Shown here: one piece after another, positions 36,613-50,008 of the stretch
Position numbering within the stretch: the first letter of the stretch is position 1
Layout of the letters: each line of letters starts with the position of its first letter
From: Gracilinanus agilis
Taxonomy: Eukaryota
DNA length: 64,000 nucleotides
NCBI RefSeq assembly: GCF_016433145.1
Contig: NC_058132.1
Coordinates: forward strand, 104,922,455 to 104,986,454
Direction: 5' to 3'
Position numbers and translations under genes: made by a program
The notes under the pieces: generated by a model
The model's database searches: none
What the model was told of the DNA's origin: nothing
The model's input: the letters and a program-made list of their open reading frames with translations, nothing else

Positions 36613-39554
36613 AAAAGTTTATGTGGTAGGGATACTCCTGTTTCAGTATAATTCTTTTGTTGAATTCATAAGGATATTATGAGTTGTGTAATTATAATAA
36701 CAGAGATTTGGTGTCTGTTATGAAGAATAGGAAGCTTCTGGTATATAATACTAGTCACTTGATTAAGTCCTTCTGCAGTTAAATGTTCCAGAAATTCTAC
36801 CAATTCTTTCCTAAATCTGTATCAATCCATAATTCCAGGCGCCTGCAGATTAACCTTTGTTAATGGTTGCAATGTCTTGATCTTGTAATGCTGTAGTCAA
36901 TCAACATTTTTAACACAAAATCACATGGCTGGGCTGTTTGTCCCAAAATTTTGGTGTCATAGTTATGATTCAGTTCATGTCTGTTGTATATATGGAGAGT
37001 CTATGGAAGGCATTTCTAATTGCACTTTTGGAGCTTAGCAGATTTTTACATTCCAATCAGATATAAACTACTGCAGCACTACTTAACCTCAATTCTCACT
37101 TGGGTGTTTTGAGTCTAAATCATACTTTTAGTTGAAGATTTTTCTGTGAGTCTACCATCCTAAAACTGTAGACTATACCACTCTACACCACAATGTAATT
37201 ACCCTTAAAAGTCAGCAGTGTAAACATGATTATCTTGAGATAAAAAAAAGCATTTACTTAGACAGCACAATAAAGATGGTACCTACAAAACTTCCTCCTC
37301 CAAAAACTTATAATATAGTCTTCCATGTATACACATAATGCCATTAGGAAGAATGGAACAGAATGTGCTAATAATGAGATTCAAATGTTAGGAGAACCTG
37401 TGGCCAAGGCAACTTATGTCTCCAGTATAGCATGATGCCGTTCTTCTTTCATTTCTTTGAAGTCCTCTTACTTTTCCCTCCTGAGCAAATCAACTCCTGT
37501 GAGCAGATTTTAAGCTAGTTCCTCTGGCACTATTCCTATCAATAGCTCAACTCCAGATTGATAAAATTCTCTCTCGAATTCATAGTCAGCTCTCTTCTCA
37601 GCTGCCAGTATTCTCTCTCCATTGGGCTGTTTCCTATCCCATTTTTATGTCTGTGTCTCCCTTGAGACTATCCCATTTTTAAAAAAGACTACCAAAGGAG
37701 TATTCTCTGCTTAACCACCTTATAGACCTCTCTGTAGCTTAATTCTGAATTTCTTCATAATCCACTAAGGGGTTAACATGGATTAGAACAGCTTAGCATT
37801 TTGATTAATGCATTAAAACTTCATTTACTTTCCTCTTCTTTAAGTTCATCACACTTGGCTATGGGCTGGTGTATGGAAGGTCACCCTTTTTTCCCAGCAC
37901 ACCAATTACAGTGACTTCCAACAAGTACATTGACATGTATCTGTTGTCAGACTTTGACTACTCTAGAAAATGATATTTGTTTTTTAAATATTTGTATACA
38001 TTTTAACATGATTATCATAACACCAGAGAAATTCTCATTATTTTTTCTTTAATTCCTCACAGAATTTTGCAGATTACAACCCTCTTCCCAACTAAACAAA
38101 CAAAAAATTACAAGGCTCTTCCTGGAGCTTAAAAAAAAAAACAGAAACAAAAACAAAAACAAAAACAACATTTATGGGCAAAGTGGTGATGATGAGCCTT
38201 TCTGAATTTGGAAAGACTGGTTCTTATGTTACAGAAATAATGCAGTCTGTCCCATAGCCTCTATGACAGATAAGAGAAGACTGACAACTTTTCATGGATC
38301 GTGCAGACTGGGAACAACTGTTACCTACTGTTGATTCCCCCTGGGAAATCCTTAACATCTGGTTATTGCGCAGAGGTAGAAAAGGCCTGAGTAATTGTGG
38401 TAGAATAGTTGTGAGAGAACATAGAGAATAAAAACAACAACAGTAATGAAATACTAAAATACTGATCATGATGATGATGATAACTAGAATTTATATAGTG
38501 CTTTAAGACTCACAAAGAGCTTTATGATTATTCCCTCCTTTTATCCTCACAACAGTCATTAGAGGTAGTGTAGGTAGGGGCACTGAGAACTCGTGAAGAG
38601 TTGGTCAATAAATATGCATTTATTGAGTGTGTACTATATTCTGAGCCCTGTACTTACTCAGTAGTAATATATTTGGGTAGCACATAAGAATAAGGAAAGA
38701 AAAAAGTTTCAGGGTGTAGCTATTAGGCTCCATTTTCAGTATCCAGACATAGTCAGGATCACTGGCGTAGATAGAACCCTTGGAGAAGAACTGGGCTCAG
38801 GCATCCTACAATCCAATCTCATAGAATAATCTCAGTTCTTGAACATAAAAAAATGTTTTAGACAAATTCGATGCCTTGGATGGAAAAACTTAGCTCCAGA
38901 GTCAGATTCTGATCTGATGACAGCAGTTTCTAAGTTCTTAAATTCAGGACTGATCTAATGTCTACAAATAACACTTTCTTAAATCTAAATGAACAGCGAA
39001 ACAAAAATCATGCTCTGATTTGTGGGATATACTAGCTTCTTAAGTATAATGTTCATATTAAAATTTTAATGAAAGGATCCTCCAGACCCCTTGCCAGTCA
39101 GAATGTGAAAGCTTTTACACACTCTTGTCTAACATTCAGTTTGACATGGGTAGGTGGATCATGCACTAAACTAATACAGTACTTTGGGACTATATGTTAT
39201 TATTTATTTAATTGAAAGCAGGGACTGGCTTTTTTTTCTCTTTCTTTATCTATCCAATGCTGAGTTCACAGAGGGCTCTTAATAAATCCCTGTTGAATTA
39301 GTTTTTACATTCCAATGAGGGAATGGAGGAAAATGTATTGGAGAATAGTGGCAATACTATTATTAATTATTTTTACCATTATTATGTTGCAAATAAAGTT
39401 ATTCATATCTATTATACAATCAAGTCATTTTTGCAAGGGATTGGCATTAAAATAATGTAAGTAATAGATGACCTTTAAAAATTGTCATAAATTCTAAAAA
39501 TGAATATAAAATTACTTGTAAATGAGAATGAAACAAATTCTCTTCAGCCTCTTC

Positions 39555-39814
39555 TTCTTGTTTTTCAATCTTTTCAGTCTTGTCTGACTATTTGTGACCC
39601 CATTTGAGACTTTTCTGGAAAAGATCCTAGACTGGTTTGCCATTTCCTTTTTTGCCAACTCATTTCATAGTTGAGGAAAATGAGGCAAAAAAAAAGCTGA
39701 AGGAACCTGTCCAGGGTCACACAGCTAATAAATGCCTAATGGTAGATTTAAATTCATGAAGATAAGTCTTTCTGATACCAAGCCCAATGTTCTTACCTTT
39801 GTGCCATCTAGCTG
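39555..39814 (-). mobile_element. MAR1-type SINE
   Basis: cagtcttgtctgactatttgtgacccc...ggtttgccatttcctt tail; gtgccatctagctg head. Confidence 0.85.
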
Positions 39815-39869
39815 TTCACTTCGGCTTCTACCTGTGTTAATTAATATGGCTCTGGGGAAGCAATCAGGA

Positions 39870-40200
39870 AAAAAAATATCATCTAATTCCTCCACCTGAT
39901 AACCCTTCAACTCCTTGGAGACATACATCATTACTAATTCTTCTCTAGACTCCATTGCCATTTCATTCAACTGACCCTCATCAATCTAGACAGTCATGGT
40001 TAACCTCTTTTCTACGAACCAAACAGCCATTTAACAAGTCAATAATTATCCTCTTCAGAACAGCCATGCAATTACATCCTCTGGCCATGGAGGAATAAGG
40101 ATGATTTTGGTGATTTCTGTCATCAAAATCAAAGCCATCCCAAGAGCCAAATAATAGTAAATTGATCTGTCTTTTTCCAGGACTAGTGCCAAGAGACTTA
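39870..40200 (+). mobile_element. Probable L2 ORF2 internal relic
   Basis: Frameshifted LDSIA..FN..TL..LDS...WR pattern resembling the L2/CR1 endonuclease-RT linker; C/T-rich sense strand. Confidence 0.4.
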
Positions 40201-43200
40201 CATAATATCATGATTTGTGTCTATCGTTTCCTTGCTTTCTGCTCAAACCCTATAGTTACTTTATAGTCACATAAAATTTTCCGAACTTTATGAGAGTAGA
40301 ACTTGGTAGAGAAAGATTAAAACTAAAATGCTCTAGATCAGGACCTGATTGATATGCAAGAAGAGGCAAGACTTTTCTGCCAATCTCATTTTTCCTAAGA
40401 AAATTAGTGTTCTTGGAATATTTTCTCTCTTAGGGGTTTGCATTTGTGTATTTTAAGACAGGATCCTACGGAAGGCCATGTATTGACCATCTAATGGCGC
40501 ATGTAGTTTCAGACATTGCCCCAGACCTTTATTAGCTACTTGATCCTGCAAAAGTCACTTTTTCTGCCTATAAAATAGGGATAATAATCTCATATCTCCC
40601 AAGGTTGTTTGATCAAGTGATATTTGTAAACTCTACTAAAGATATCAAATAATTTTGTAAGTGATAGTGATAATAATGATAATTATCTAATAATCCTTTG
40701 GATCTGGACCACTAGAAGCCAGAAACACAACTATGAAATCATTCTTCCAATTGTTTCCAACAAAACTTGGATCAATAAGAAATTAATTATTTCCCTAATA
40801 GTATTAAAATCCTAATAGTTTTATGTCCTCTGAGGCATAGCTCAGATAAATTATATTAAATTTGGATTATTCTACTATTCTGCAAGTATAATCCAACAGA
40901 AGTTCTAGTCTTATTAAATTAATTAAAAATTTTAATGGAATCATGAATTGATATCTTCCCCAAAGAAAACATTCCACTTAGGAATTTATTCTCACTAATG
41001 GGTCTAAGATTTCAGCTTTTCTCTCTGTATATTTGAGTTAGATTTCATAATTTCCCTATTTACTAACCTAATATCCTCTACATATATTTTCCTTACAACA
41101 TAATAACAATAGCTATTTTCATTGCCTTTTAAGGTTAACAAAATTCTTTACAGATATCATCTCATATATGATATATACCTTTTAATTTATTTTTAAGTTC
41201 ATGGTTTAAGTAGTTATTTTATACTAATATACTAATTCAAACTCAAAGAACATGCACATAGGAAATATGAAAGAACACATCCATTATTATTAATTAGTAG
41301 AAGATTTTCTATCATTGTAGGTATTTTAATATGCAGTTTATATGTGGTCTGAAGCTGCAAAAGGAATTTATGAAAGTCTACTATGAGTGTTTTTTTTAAA
41401 TATGAAATTTTAAACATATCATTAGGAGATTTGTTGCTATAATGTATTCATATAACCTGACTCACTTTCACAGATTTTCTATTGTGCATGATTTGATTTC
41501 TAATTCACTCCAGCTATCCACAGGTTGATTGTACCCAAGAGTTTGAGTGTGTATATGGGGAAGGGAAGAATGAAGTCTCTGAAAACTCTTTTATCAGGAA
41601 TGGAAAAAATGTATGAAGTAATTCTCATGTGTCCCAGTCAGGAATTGTTTCCCTTACAAGTCATATCAATCCTGCAATCTGGCACTCCTCATCCTAGAAA
41701 GATATTTTCAGTTCCTTTCCCCAGAGATCCTCTAGACCAGTCTCAAGATTACTTTCACTTGGGAGGGGGAAATAAAAATAGTTACTGCTAAAAGCAGCAA
41801 ACTGTCTCTGCTATCAATTCTCATTTGATCTCTATGCCTTTTATCCCTTTCACTTGGCATTTGTTGTTATGCTATCCTGACTGGCTAGAAATGTTATAAG
41901 GGGAAAAGCAACTGATTTGGGGTGAGAAGATCTGGGCTCCAATCCAGCCTGTTCCACTTACTGTCTGTTTTACTTTAAGAAAATTATTTCACTTCTCTGG
42001 GCTCCAGGGTCCTCGTTTGTACAGTAAAGGGATAGGAGGTAAAGGTAGTAGACTAAATTATCTCTGAAGTCTCTGATGCCTCTTAAATCTGTGGCCCTCT
42101 AAATTATTCTTTCATCCTCAGATCACAAGTGGCATTTTCTTTGAACCTTTTGTAAGTACTTGTTATGTCCTTTTTTATATTATTGGAGTATGAACATATT
42201 CCTATACCTTCTGTCCCAAAGAAATCAGATTCTATGATTCATATGATACTTTCTAAAGACTACCTCTCTTTGTATAAGCTAATCACTTAATGGTTAAATA
42301 GAACTGGAGCACAATTTACTGACACAAAATAATGGATGGATTGTACTTGATGGGGGACAGAATCAATGGTATTAGAGAAAACATCCCCAACTTGTCAGGA
42401 TACACCTCTGCTACCCTGAAAAGGGAGCTATGTCTGTTGGCTCTGGAATAGAAAGCCAGAGCATACTAGATATACAAATAACTAAAAACCAAATGATGGG
42501 GAATATAGATAAATAACAAGTTCTAAATTGGATTCTTACATTCACAAGACACTTGATACCATGGTATATATTAGAACATAGAACAAACAACGTTATAACT
42601 AGACTGTGGAATCATTTAATCCAGTATTTTCATTTCCTGTATGAAACATTTGTGATCTAGATAACTTTGATTTCCCCAAGGTCAAAAACAATTAAAATCC
42701 TGTCTAGTTTGGCCACACTTAGAAATGGGTTCTAGAGCAGGACTCATGATATGCTGAATATATTTCAGAATATTTACCAGATGGAGTATCTTGGTTCAGT
42801 GTACCATAATTTTTGGACGAGTAAATTAGTCCTCCATGTGACAACTTTGCTTTTTTTCCCCTGAAGCCCCAAATTGAACCTTGTTCTTGATAACTTGTCT
42901 TCAAGAAACTTCCTTATTGACCCTTGTCCCAGACTGAAAAATGAACCTGCTAGCATCCCTGGATCACCCTACACAGGATTAGCAGATATAATTAAATCTG
43001 AAATGCCATTATATTGTCTTCTTAGTTTCTCCTTTGGTATCTAGACTACTCCCAGGTACCTTAGCCTGTGGCTATTGCATCTAGGCTTCTCCCAGTCATT
43101 TTAGACCTTTAGACATTTAGACATTTTAAACATTTAGCAATAATGTACAATGTGGCTAGCACTAGTCCCAAGCAGGAGGCAGGGCATAGGTCCTTCCCCA

Positions 43201-44699
43201 TCTCCAAAAATCTCTATTAGCCCATTGCATTCTGTAATTCTGAAAGTCTCAAAACTGGGGTATTTATTTCTTCCCCAAATAATCTTCCTGCCTTAACTAA
43301 ACAGCCTTTTTATAACTACTTTTGTAATTCTGTGTTTTTTTCAGACACATGAAACATTTGATAATTGCCTACTGTGTGTTAGGTACTGAGAATATGTGGA
43401 CCAGTCTCTCCTTTCAAGGATCTTACAGCAATAACTGATTTCCATCCCCATTCTCATAAAAAAAAAGCTGGATATACTATGCTCTCCCTCTTTCTAGAGA
43501 TGGCCTGGGGAATCCAGGTCCATGATTTGAAATATCCAAACAGGGCAAAAATTTGATCAGTTTAGCCCTGGAAACAAATGTTCTCAAAAATATGTGTAGG
43601 ATTCCAACTTGCGTAAACATAGAGCGGGAGGGTTATGTTTCAATGAGCCCCTTATTATAGGTGTAAGCATGCTCATCCACACTGCTGACTTCAGGTATAA
43701 GATTAGCAGGAAGGTTTATGACTTCAAATTATAACTTCTGATGAGATGCTAAATTCTCTCTTATAATTATTGCCACCAAGTAATAATCTACCACCACACA
43801 TTCAATCCTGACCCTTTTTTGTGTATGTGATTCATTGAAGTGAGTCAGGTAAACAACGTTGAGTGCTGTTGGTTTTAAAGGTTCATTGGTTTCTATTTAT
43901 TCCTGAATAGTCTATTACTTAAAGAGCTCAATTAAATATAATGGGTTAAAGTATTAAAAATCTGTTTGATTACCACTATTTACTCTGTGAGTTACTGATT
44001 AAAGCTTGAGGCATAGACAGTTCTATTCTGGGAGAGTAGGTTACAGAAGAGATCAGTTGTGGTTTATGTGGTTTAAACTTTTCACCATATATATGTATAT
44101 ATATCCAGCCTTTTAAAAGAGAGAAAATGGAATACTTTATATTCCTTTTTTTTTCAGACAGGCTTATGGATAGACAGAGGATCCGGATGCTTCTGTAAAT
44201 GTCAAATTTTTAAGGATTATAATAATGGTCATTTTCCTACAATCAGAAACTTTGCCTGTGTGGCTTGAGATCTGGGGTTCTTTTTACAGAAAAAGAGGCT
44301 TGGGTTACATAACAGGACTATTTTAAATGATTATTATGTAGTGTAGAGAGAGTTGGCCTTGGAACTAGAAAGTCCCAGGTCGGTGTCCTACTGCTATCAT
44401 TAGCTGTGTGGACCTTTAAAAGTCACCTCAGTGCTTTATATTTTACAAAGTGTTTTCCTTAAAAAAAAAAAAAAACAATCCTTTTCTTGTACACTGTGGC
44501 AGCAATATTGTACAATGATCAGCTGCAAATAAATTAACTATTAAAAATAATGCAAACCTCCAGGACAATCCCAAGGGCATCGTGGTAAAAAAAGGCAACT
44601 GACCACAGAAAGAACTAATTGAGCCTGGATGCAGATTGAAGCATAGCATTCTTCTTTGTTTCCTTCAGGAATTTTTCTTTAGAATAAACAATATATTTC

Positions 44700-44860
44700 T
44701 TCTTTCATGACATGACAAACATAGAAATATGTATTAGATGAGGAACACATGTACAAACTAGATTGCATTACCTGCCATCTTGGGGAAGAGAGACGGGGGA
44801 GGATATGGATTATAAAATGTCAGAAAATGAATATTGTAAATTGTATTGACATTTAAACAT
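44700..44860 (+). mobile_element. Old L1 3' UTR end
   Basis: catgacaaacatagaaatatgtatt...cacatgtacaaac...cttggggaagag...ataaaatgtcagaaaatgaat. Confidence 0.65.
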
Positions 44861-45297
44861 ACAATTAAACTATTCCTATGAAATAGATACTGCAAATATT
44901 ACTTTTTCTACTTAAAAAATTAGGAAATTCTCACTCAGAAAACTTAAATTATGTTCTTGGGATTACGCAGCTGGCAAATGTCTGAGGCAGGACTCAAATT
45001 TGTGTCTAACGAATCCAGATCCAGGCTTCTTTCTATGATGTTAGGACGTTAACGTTATCTCAGGTCACTTGCTAGTAGAATATCTTTTAAAGTTTCATGT
45101 TAGAAAGTTCCTACCAGGTTCAATATTCTTAGTTTTCTGATTTAATATTTTATGTTCTAAGATGCCTTCAAATGCTATTTTTCCATGATTCGATTTCTCA
45201 TATTCTTCCATTTTGTTTCTCTTTCTGTAGGTATCTTTCATTCCTGACCAATGTTATATCAGAGTGAATGAGTATTACTTTAATAATTGTCAGAAAT

Positions 45298-45495
45298 GGG
45301 GCATCTATGTGACTCAGCAGATAGTGAGGTCCAGCTTGGAGATGGGAAGTCCTGGGTTCAAATCTGACCCAAAGGGACTTCCTAGCTATCTGACTCTGGG
45401 CAAGCCACAACCCTAATTGTCTAGCTCGTACTGTTCTTCTTCCTTGCAACCAATACTTAGCATCAATTCTAAGCTGAAGTTAAGGATTAAAAAAA
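45298..45495 (+). mobile_element. Opossum SINE1-type SINE
   Basis: Head ggggcatctatgtgactcag; TSD core taataatt(g/t)tcag at 45281-45293 and 45496-45508. Confidence 0.85.
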
Positions 45496-47209
45496 TAATA
45501 ATTTTCAGTCACCCATGGATAGGTGTTTCATTTATATGTCAAAGATCTAGTGATACTTTCTCATTCTTTGCTATTTTTGTTCGTGCTTTCCTACAGGTCC
45601 TCTATGAGTTATCTGCCCATAGGTTTGGAGTTGTCTTTTAGTTTCTTTTACAGAGGCATTCAAATGAGAAATAAGATGGTAGAGTGGACAATCTTCTGCC
45701 CTTCATGGTTCTCTCAAAACGTTTCCCATGTGGCACCTTTGGCTCCTCAAAGATTCTCTCAAACCTTTCCAAAACAGAAACAACACACCCAGGATAAAGC
45801 TATTTCACCTGTCTCTATGGCAGGCCATTCAGAATCTAAAAGAAATTATACAAACATACCTCAAAAGCCAGGGACTGAGGTACCCAGGGACTCTGAGCTA
45901 ACATAGCATCCTTATGTTAACTCACAAGCTACAATCAGTGATGCAGTAGATTGAAGAATACAGCACCAGCTTACAGTAAAATCTATCCCAATGCCCCAGT
46001 CCTTCCTCTTTCTTTCCAGGGTTGTGGAGACTGGAATGTGGAATCTGAGTATAAATGGTGGTTGTTTGTTTAGACCTCAAGAGACAGCTTTGGTCACAGT
46101 CTTACAGCAAAAACCTACCAAGGGTTGCAACCTATAACACTAGAGCTGCAAAGGGCTGTACTATCAGTGCTGGGAAAAATAGGCTCAGAAATGCTCTTTC
46201 TTGGCCAGAAAATTGAGGAACAGAAGAAGTAGAACAGATCACTAGGACTGGAGTGAGTGTGTGTGTGTGTGTGTGTACACACATGTGTGTGTACTCAGCC
46301 CTCCACCAAGCTAGAGATAAAGATAGTATCCAGCTGGGATCAATTTTGAACACTCATATTTCATTTGGGGGCAGAGATTTAGGCTGGTAAACCATGAATC
46401 GCCTTGTGTGGGAGGAACCTGACCTGCTTTGATAGCTAGTCCCCAAGGAAACAATTTCAGAGGGGAGAGAGTCAGACAGTGAGTGATAAGGAAAATTAGG
46501 GGTAGAAAGGCAAAGTACCAAAGATTTCAGAAAGAAGAAATTTCAAAGATCTTGAACATAAACAGATATATCAGTAGTAAAAACAATAACAATAGAAATA
46601 AGCATGGCCTCCAGATCTATTAAACAAATTCAAACATCAATGAATAAATACTGCAAAACAAAGAAAAATAATTCAAAATTGATGTGACAGAGGACCCTGT
46701 AGAATTTGAGGAAGTATCCCTAAGGGCAAAGAAATAGTGGAATAATAACTCTGTGACAAGATGATAATTTTGGGTAATGGAGTCATAGAACACTAAGTCA
46801 AGTACAAAGTATATTTGAAAATTTTCTAAGTGACCATCTGGTTGATATGACATCTAGCAACTATGGGGTAAAAACAAACAAATGACAACAAAAACAGGGA
46901 AGAAGGTGATTACATATTCTGTTTTTGGGAAAAGAAGCTTGGAATGCTACAAACTGCTACTAAAACCAGTAGTCATTATGTGTGTTTATTGTTATGTAGT
47001 GCAATGAATTAAATGCTAGATATGGAGATAAGAAGAATTGAATTCAAATCCAGCCTCAGATACTTACTAGTTGTTTGGCCCCGGGCAACTCATTGTTCTC
47101 CTATAAAATGACTATATTAATAATATGTATCTCCCAGGGTTGTTGCAGCAATAAAAATGTGATAATATTTCTAAAGTACTTCATAAAATTTAAAGCACTG
47201 TATTTTTAT

Positions 47210-47450
47210 TGTTGTTTAGTTATTTCAGTCATGTCTGCCTCTGTGTTCTCATTTGGAATTTTCTTGGAAAAGATACTAGAATGATTTACTATTTCCTTCT
47301 CCAGCTCATTTTACTGATGAAGAAATTGAAGCACATAGGTTTAAGGAATTTTCTCAGGGTCAACCAGCTAGTAAGTGGGTGGCCATATATGAATTCATGT
47401 GTTGATGACTATAAACCAAGACCTCAATCCACTGTGCCACCTAGTTGCCC
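47210..47450 (-). mobile_element. MAR1-type SINE
   Basis: ttttcttggaaaagatactagaatgatttactatttccttctccagctcatttt; head ccacctagttgccc. Confidence 0.85.
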
Positions 47451-47459
47451 ACAAAAGCA

Positions 47460-47469
47460 CTATATATAT

Positions 47470-47514
<45 letters not shown>
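47460..47514. repeat. (TA)n(TG)n compound microsatellite
   Basis: Direct reading. Confidence 0.95.
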
Positions 47515-49771
47515 AATTATTATTTTTATTATCACATCCCTGATGATCTTAGTAAAGGCATAATCTGCATTAATTTGGCCTTAGTGTATGTTAGAAATTT
47601 ATCTAGATCCTATAGTCCTCAGGACTAATGCATGTCTATACCAACTCAGAAATTGGACTGTCAATTTTGCAATCTCATATTTCACCTTTGCTATATAAAC
47701 TCTGTCATGCAGTTCTTTGATAACACCTCTTGTGCCACTTCTTTCACATTGATTACCAATGTAAATATTTGATGACTCACTGGACTCATGGCTGTTTGAG
47801 GAGAACCAAGTTAGGTTCTTCAGAGATAGTTGTTTCCTACACTTCAAAATTATATATACCATCACTAGGAGAACATTTGCATTTTTTAATGGGATTTTGT
47901 GTTGAGTTACAGCTTGTAACTCAGAAATCAGACAGAGGGAAAGAAGAAAAGATGTAAAGAAGGAAACAAACATATATCAGTTACTATATGCTAGATGTTG
48001 TGTCAAACACTTTACAAATATAATCTCATTCAATCCTTACAGTAACTCTGGGAAATTTTTATTATTATTCCTATTTTATACCTGAGGTAATTGAGAGAGA
48101 GAAAGAAATTAAGCAAGGTTCACCGAAGTAGTATTTGAATAGCAATGTCTTTTAAAAAACCATCATTTTATTCTAAAAACAACAACATGGAGAGTGTAGA
48201 AAGTGAAAGAACCCCTTAATCCTGGTGTAGTCATTTTCTCATAGAACTGCTCTGGAAGTTAGTTGTGCTGTAAATTGTTACAATAATATGGACAGTCTAC
48301 TAACTGTCGGATCTCCATGAAGTTTCAAAAAGATGAGAGGAAGGCTTTTAATAGTTTGAATGGATCCTTTATGGAGGATTCATCAAAGACATGGACAAAA
48401 AAAGAAAAGGAAAGGATAGGTTGGGATTAGCAAAAGGAGAAGGGATGCTTACACCAACCAGATTACATATCTATTCAAATAACAATTTACACTTACTATT
48501 TTTAGTATTAATAATAACAACAATAATGAGGCAATGGTAATAGTAACCAATCAAGATGGATGCAAATTTTACTTTTCATTTGAGAGGGCTAAGCAACTGC
48601 ATGGAAAATAAGAGAAACTTAAAAAATCAGAGAATAGAGATACAACAAGGAATGTGGGGCCATCTCTCTTTTTGTAGGAACTGTGTGTGAAGGGTCCAAA
48701 ATGAATGTGTGTTTCTGTTACAACTTAACACAAAGGAATAAGGCATTAATTTAAAAGTTCGTCACTGGATGGAAATTGCTATCTCCACTTTATTATACTT
48801 AAGTAAGGCTGTCATAGAAACCACTACACAATCAAGAGGAGTTCTTTCTATATTGCATTACCATTCAATGTTGTGTTCTGTTCCCTGGCCATTACACTAA
48901 GGAGCTAGTGGCCTGCTTTTCCCCCTGAGGGGCCAAGTCTACTGTTCCTTACCAATCCTCTGTAATAAAAGGGAATGGAAATTTAACCACCTGCGCCTCT
49001 GTGCAGAATTGGACCTTTTTCAAAGTCTAATGTAACAAGTCTATGTGAGTGAGGTTTTTAGAGAAAGGCTAAATGAGGGGTCTCTTGCATACACACAATA
49101 AATAAAGAACAGAGGAATAGGTGGTTGAATTACAAACATCTTTTATTAAGAGGCCTTTGCTAAGGAGAAATGAATTTGATGGAAAATTCACTCCTTAGTA
49201 ACATGAGAACTACAGGATGCAACATTTGCAGAGGATATTGAAAAAAATCTTTTTTTTTTTTACATAAAGCTAATTGAAGAAATTATTAAGGGGAGGGAGA
49301 ACAGGTAAGAGTGGGGAGAGTGTTACTTGCCTATGCCTCTCTGGTAGAGGATCATTATCTTCTAACAGACTGCACCCCAGATTCTCAGTTTTGTCTACTT
49401 CATTGACCTGCTTGGGATTTCCTAAGTAAGTGGAGTCCTCTAGCCTTCCATGTCTAGGAAAACAAAGTTTAAATATATATCCTGCTTTTCTTAATCCAAA
49501 CAATCCATATTGATAATAGCTGAAATCTGTGTTATGTTTTAAAGGTTGCAAAGTACTTAATAGAAATAGGGAATATAGGCATTACTTTCTCCATTTTACA
49601 CAGGAAACAAACTAAATCTCAGAAATATTAAATGACTTGCTCTTAGTCGTATATGTTTATTATATAAGTATGTACACATATGGAAAATGTGTCAAAAGTG
49701 GGATGGGAACACCAAGTTTAGAAGTATGTGAGCCAGTCAATTAGCATTTATTGAGTGCCTACTATATGCAA

Positions 49772-50008
49772 GGGGCAAAAAGGTGACACAATAGATGAGT
49801 ATCATACCAGGAGTTAGGATAACTCATCTTTCTGAGTTCAAACACAACTTCAGAAAATTACTAGTTCTGTGACCATGGGCAAATCTTATCACCCAATTTG
49901 CCTCAGATGAGCTGGAAAAGGAAAGGGTAAACCAGTATCTTTGCCAAGAAAAACTTAAATGGGTTCACAAAAAATCAGACACAACTAAAAAATGACCAAA
50001 AAACAACA
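49772..50008 (+). mobile_element. MAR1-type SINE inserted in an antisense L2 3' end
   Basis: Flanks actatatgc (49761-49769) / actatctgc (50009-50017); L2 resumes ctaagtgctggac. Confidence 0.8.

Noticed and set aside
37380-37680. E/R/K-rich minus frame (ERILAAEKRADYEFEREFYQSGVELL...)
   Set aside because: Four in-frame stops; composition follows from a CT-rich plus strand that resembles a decayed L2
38235-38375. 141-nt plus-strand segment with AG/GT borders and a late ORF MDRADWEQLLPTVDSPWEILNIWLLRR; also a 62-nt minus candidate nearby
   Set aside because: All three frames are stopped across the segment, Kozak context is weak and the peptides are unrecognised; cannot be supported without RNA data
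43099-43138. Short (TTTAGACA)-type tandem array; also small duplications at 6453-6482 and 25214-25238
   Set aside because: Ordinary slippage duplications; no spacers, not CRISPR-like or telomeric
45523-45906. 127-aa ORF with strong acceptor-like tracts
   Set aside because: No recognisable domain; N-terminal part is translated pyrimidine tract
47599-47973. 124-aa minus ORF; also the 139-aa minus ORF at 54576-54995
   Set aside because: No motif or family similarity recognised, non-ATG or weak starts; compatible with chance in six frames of 64 kb
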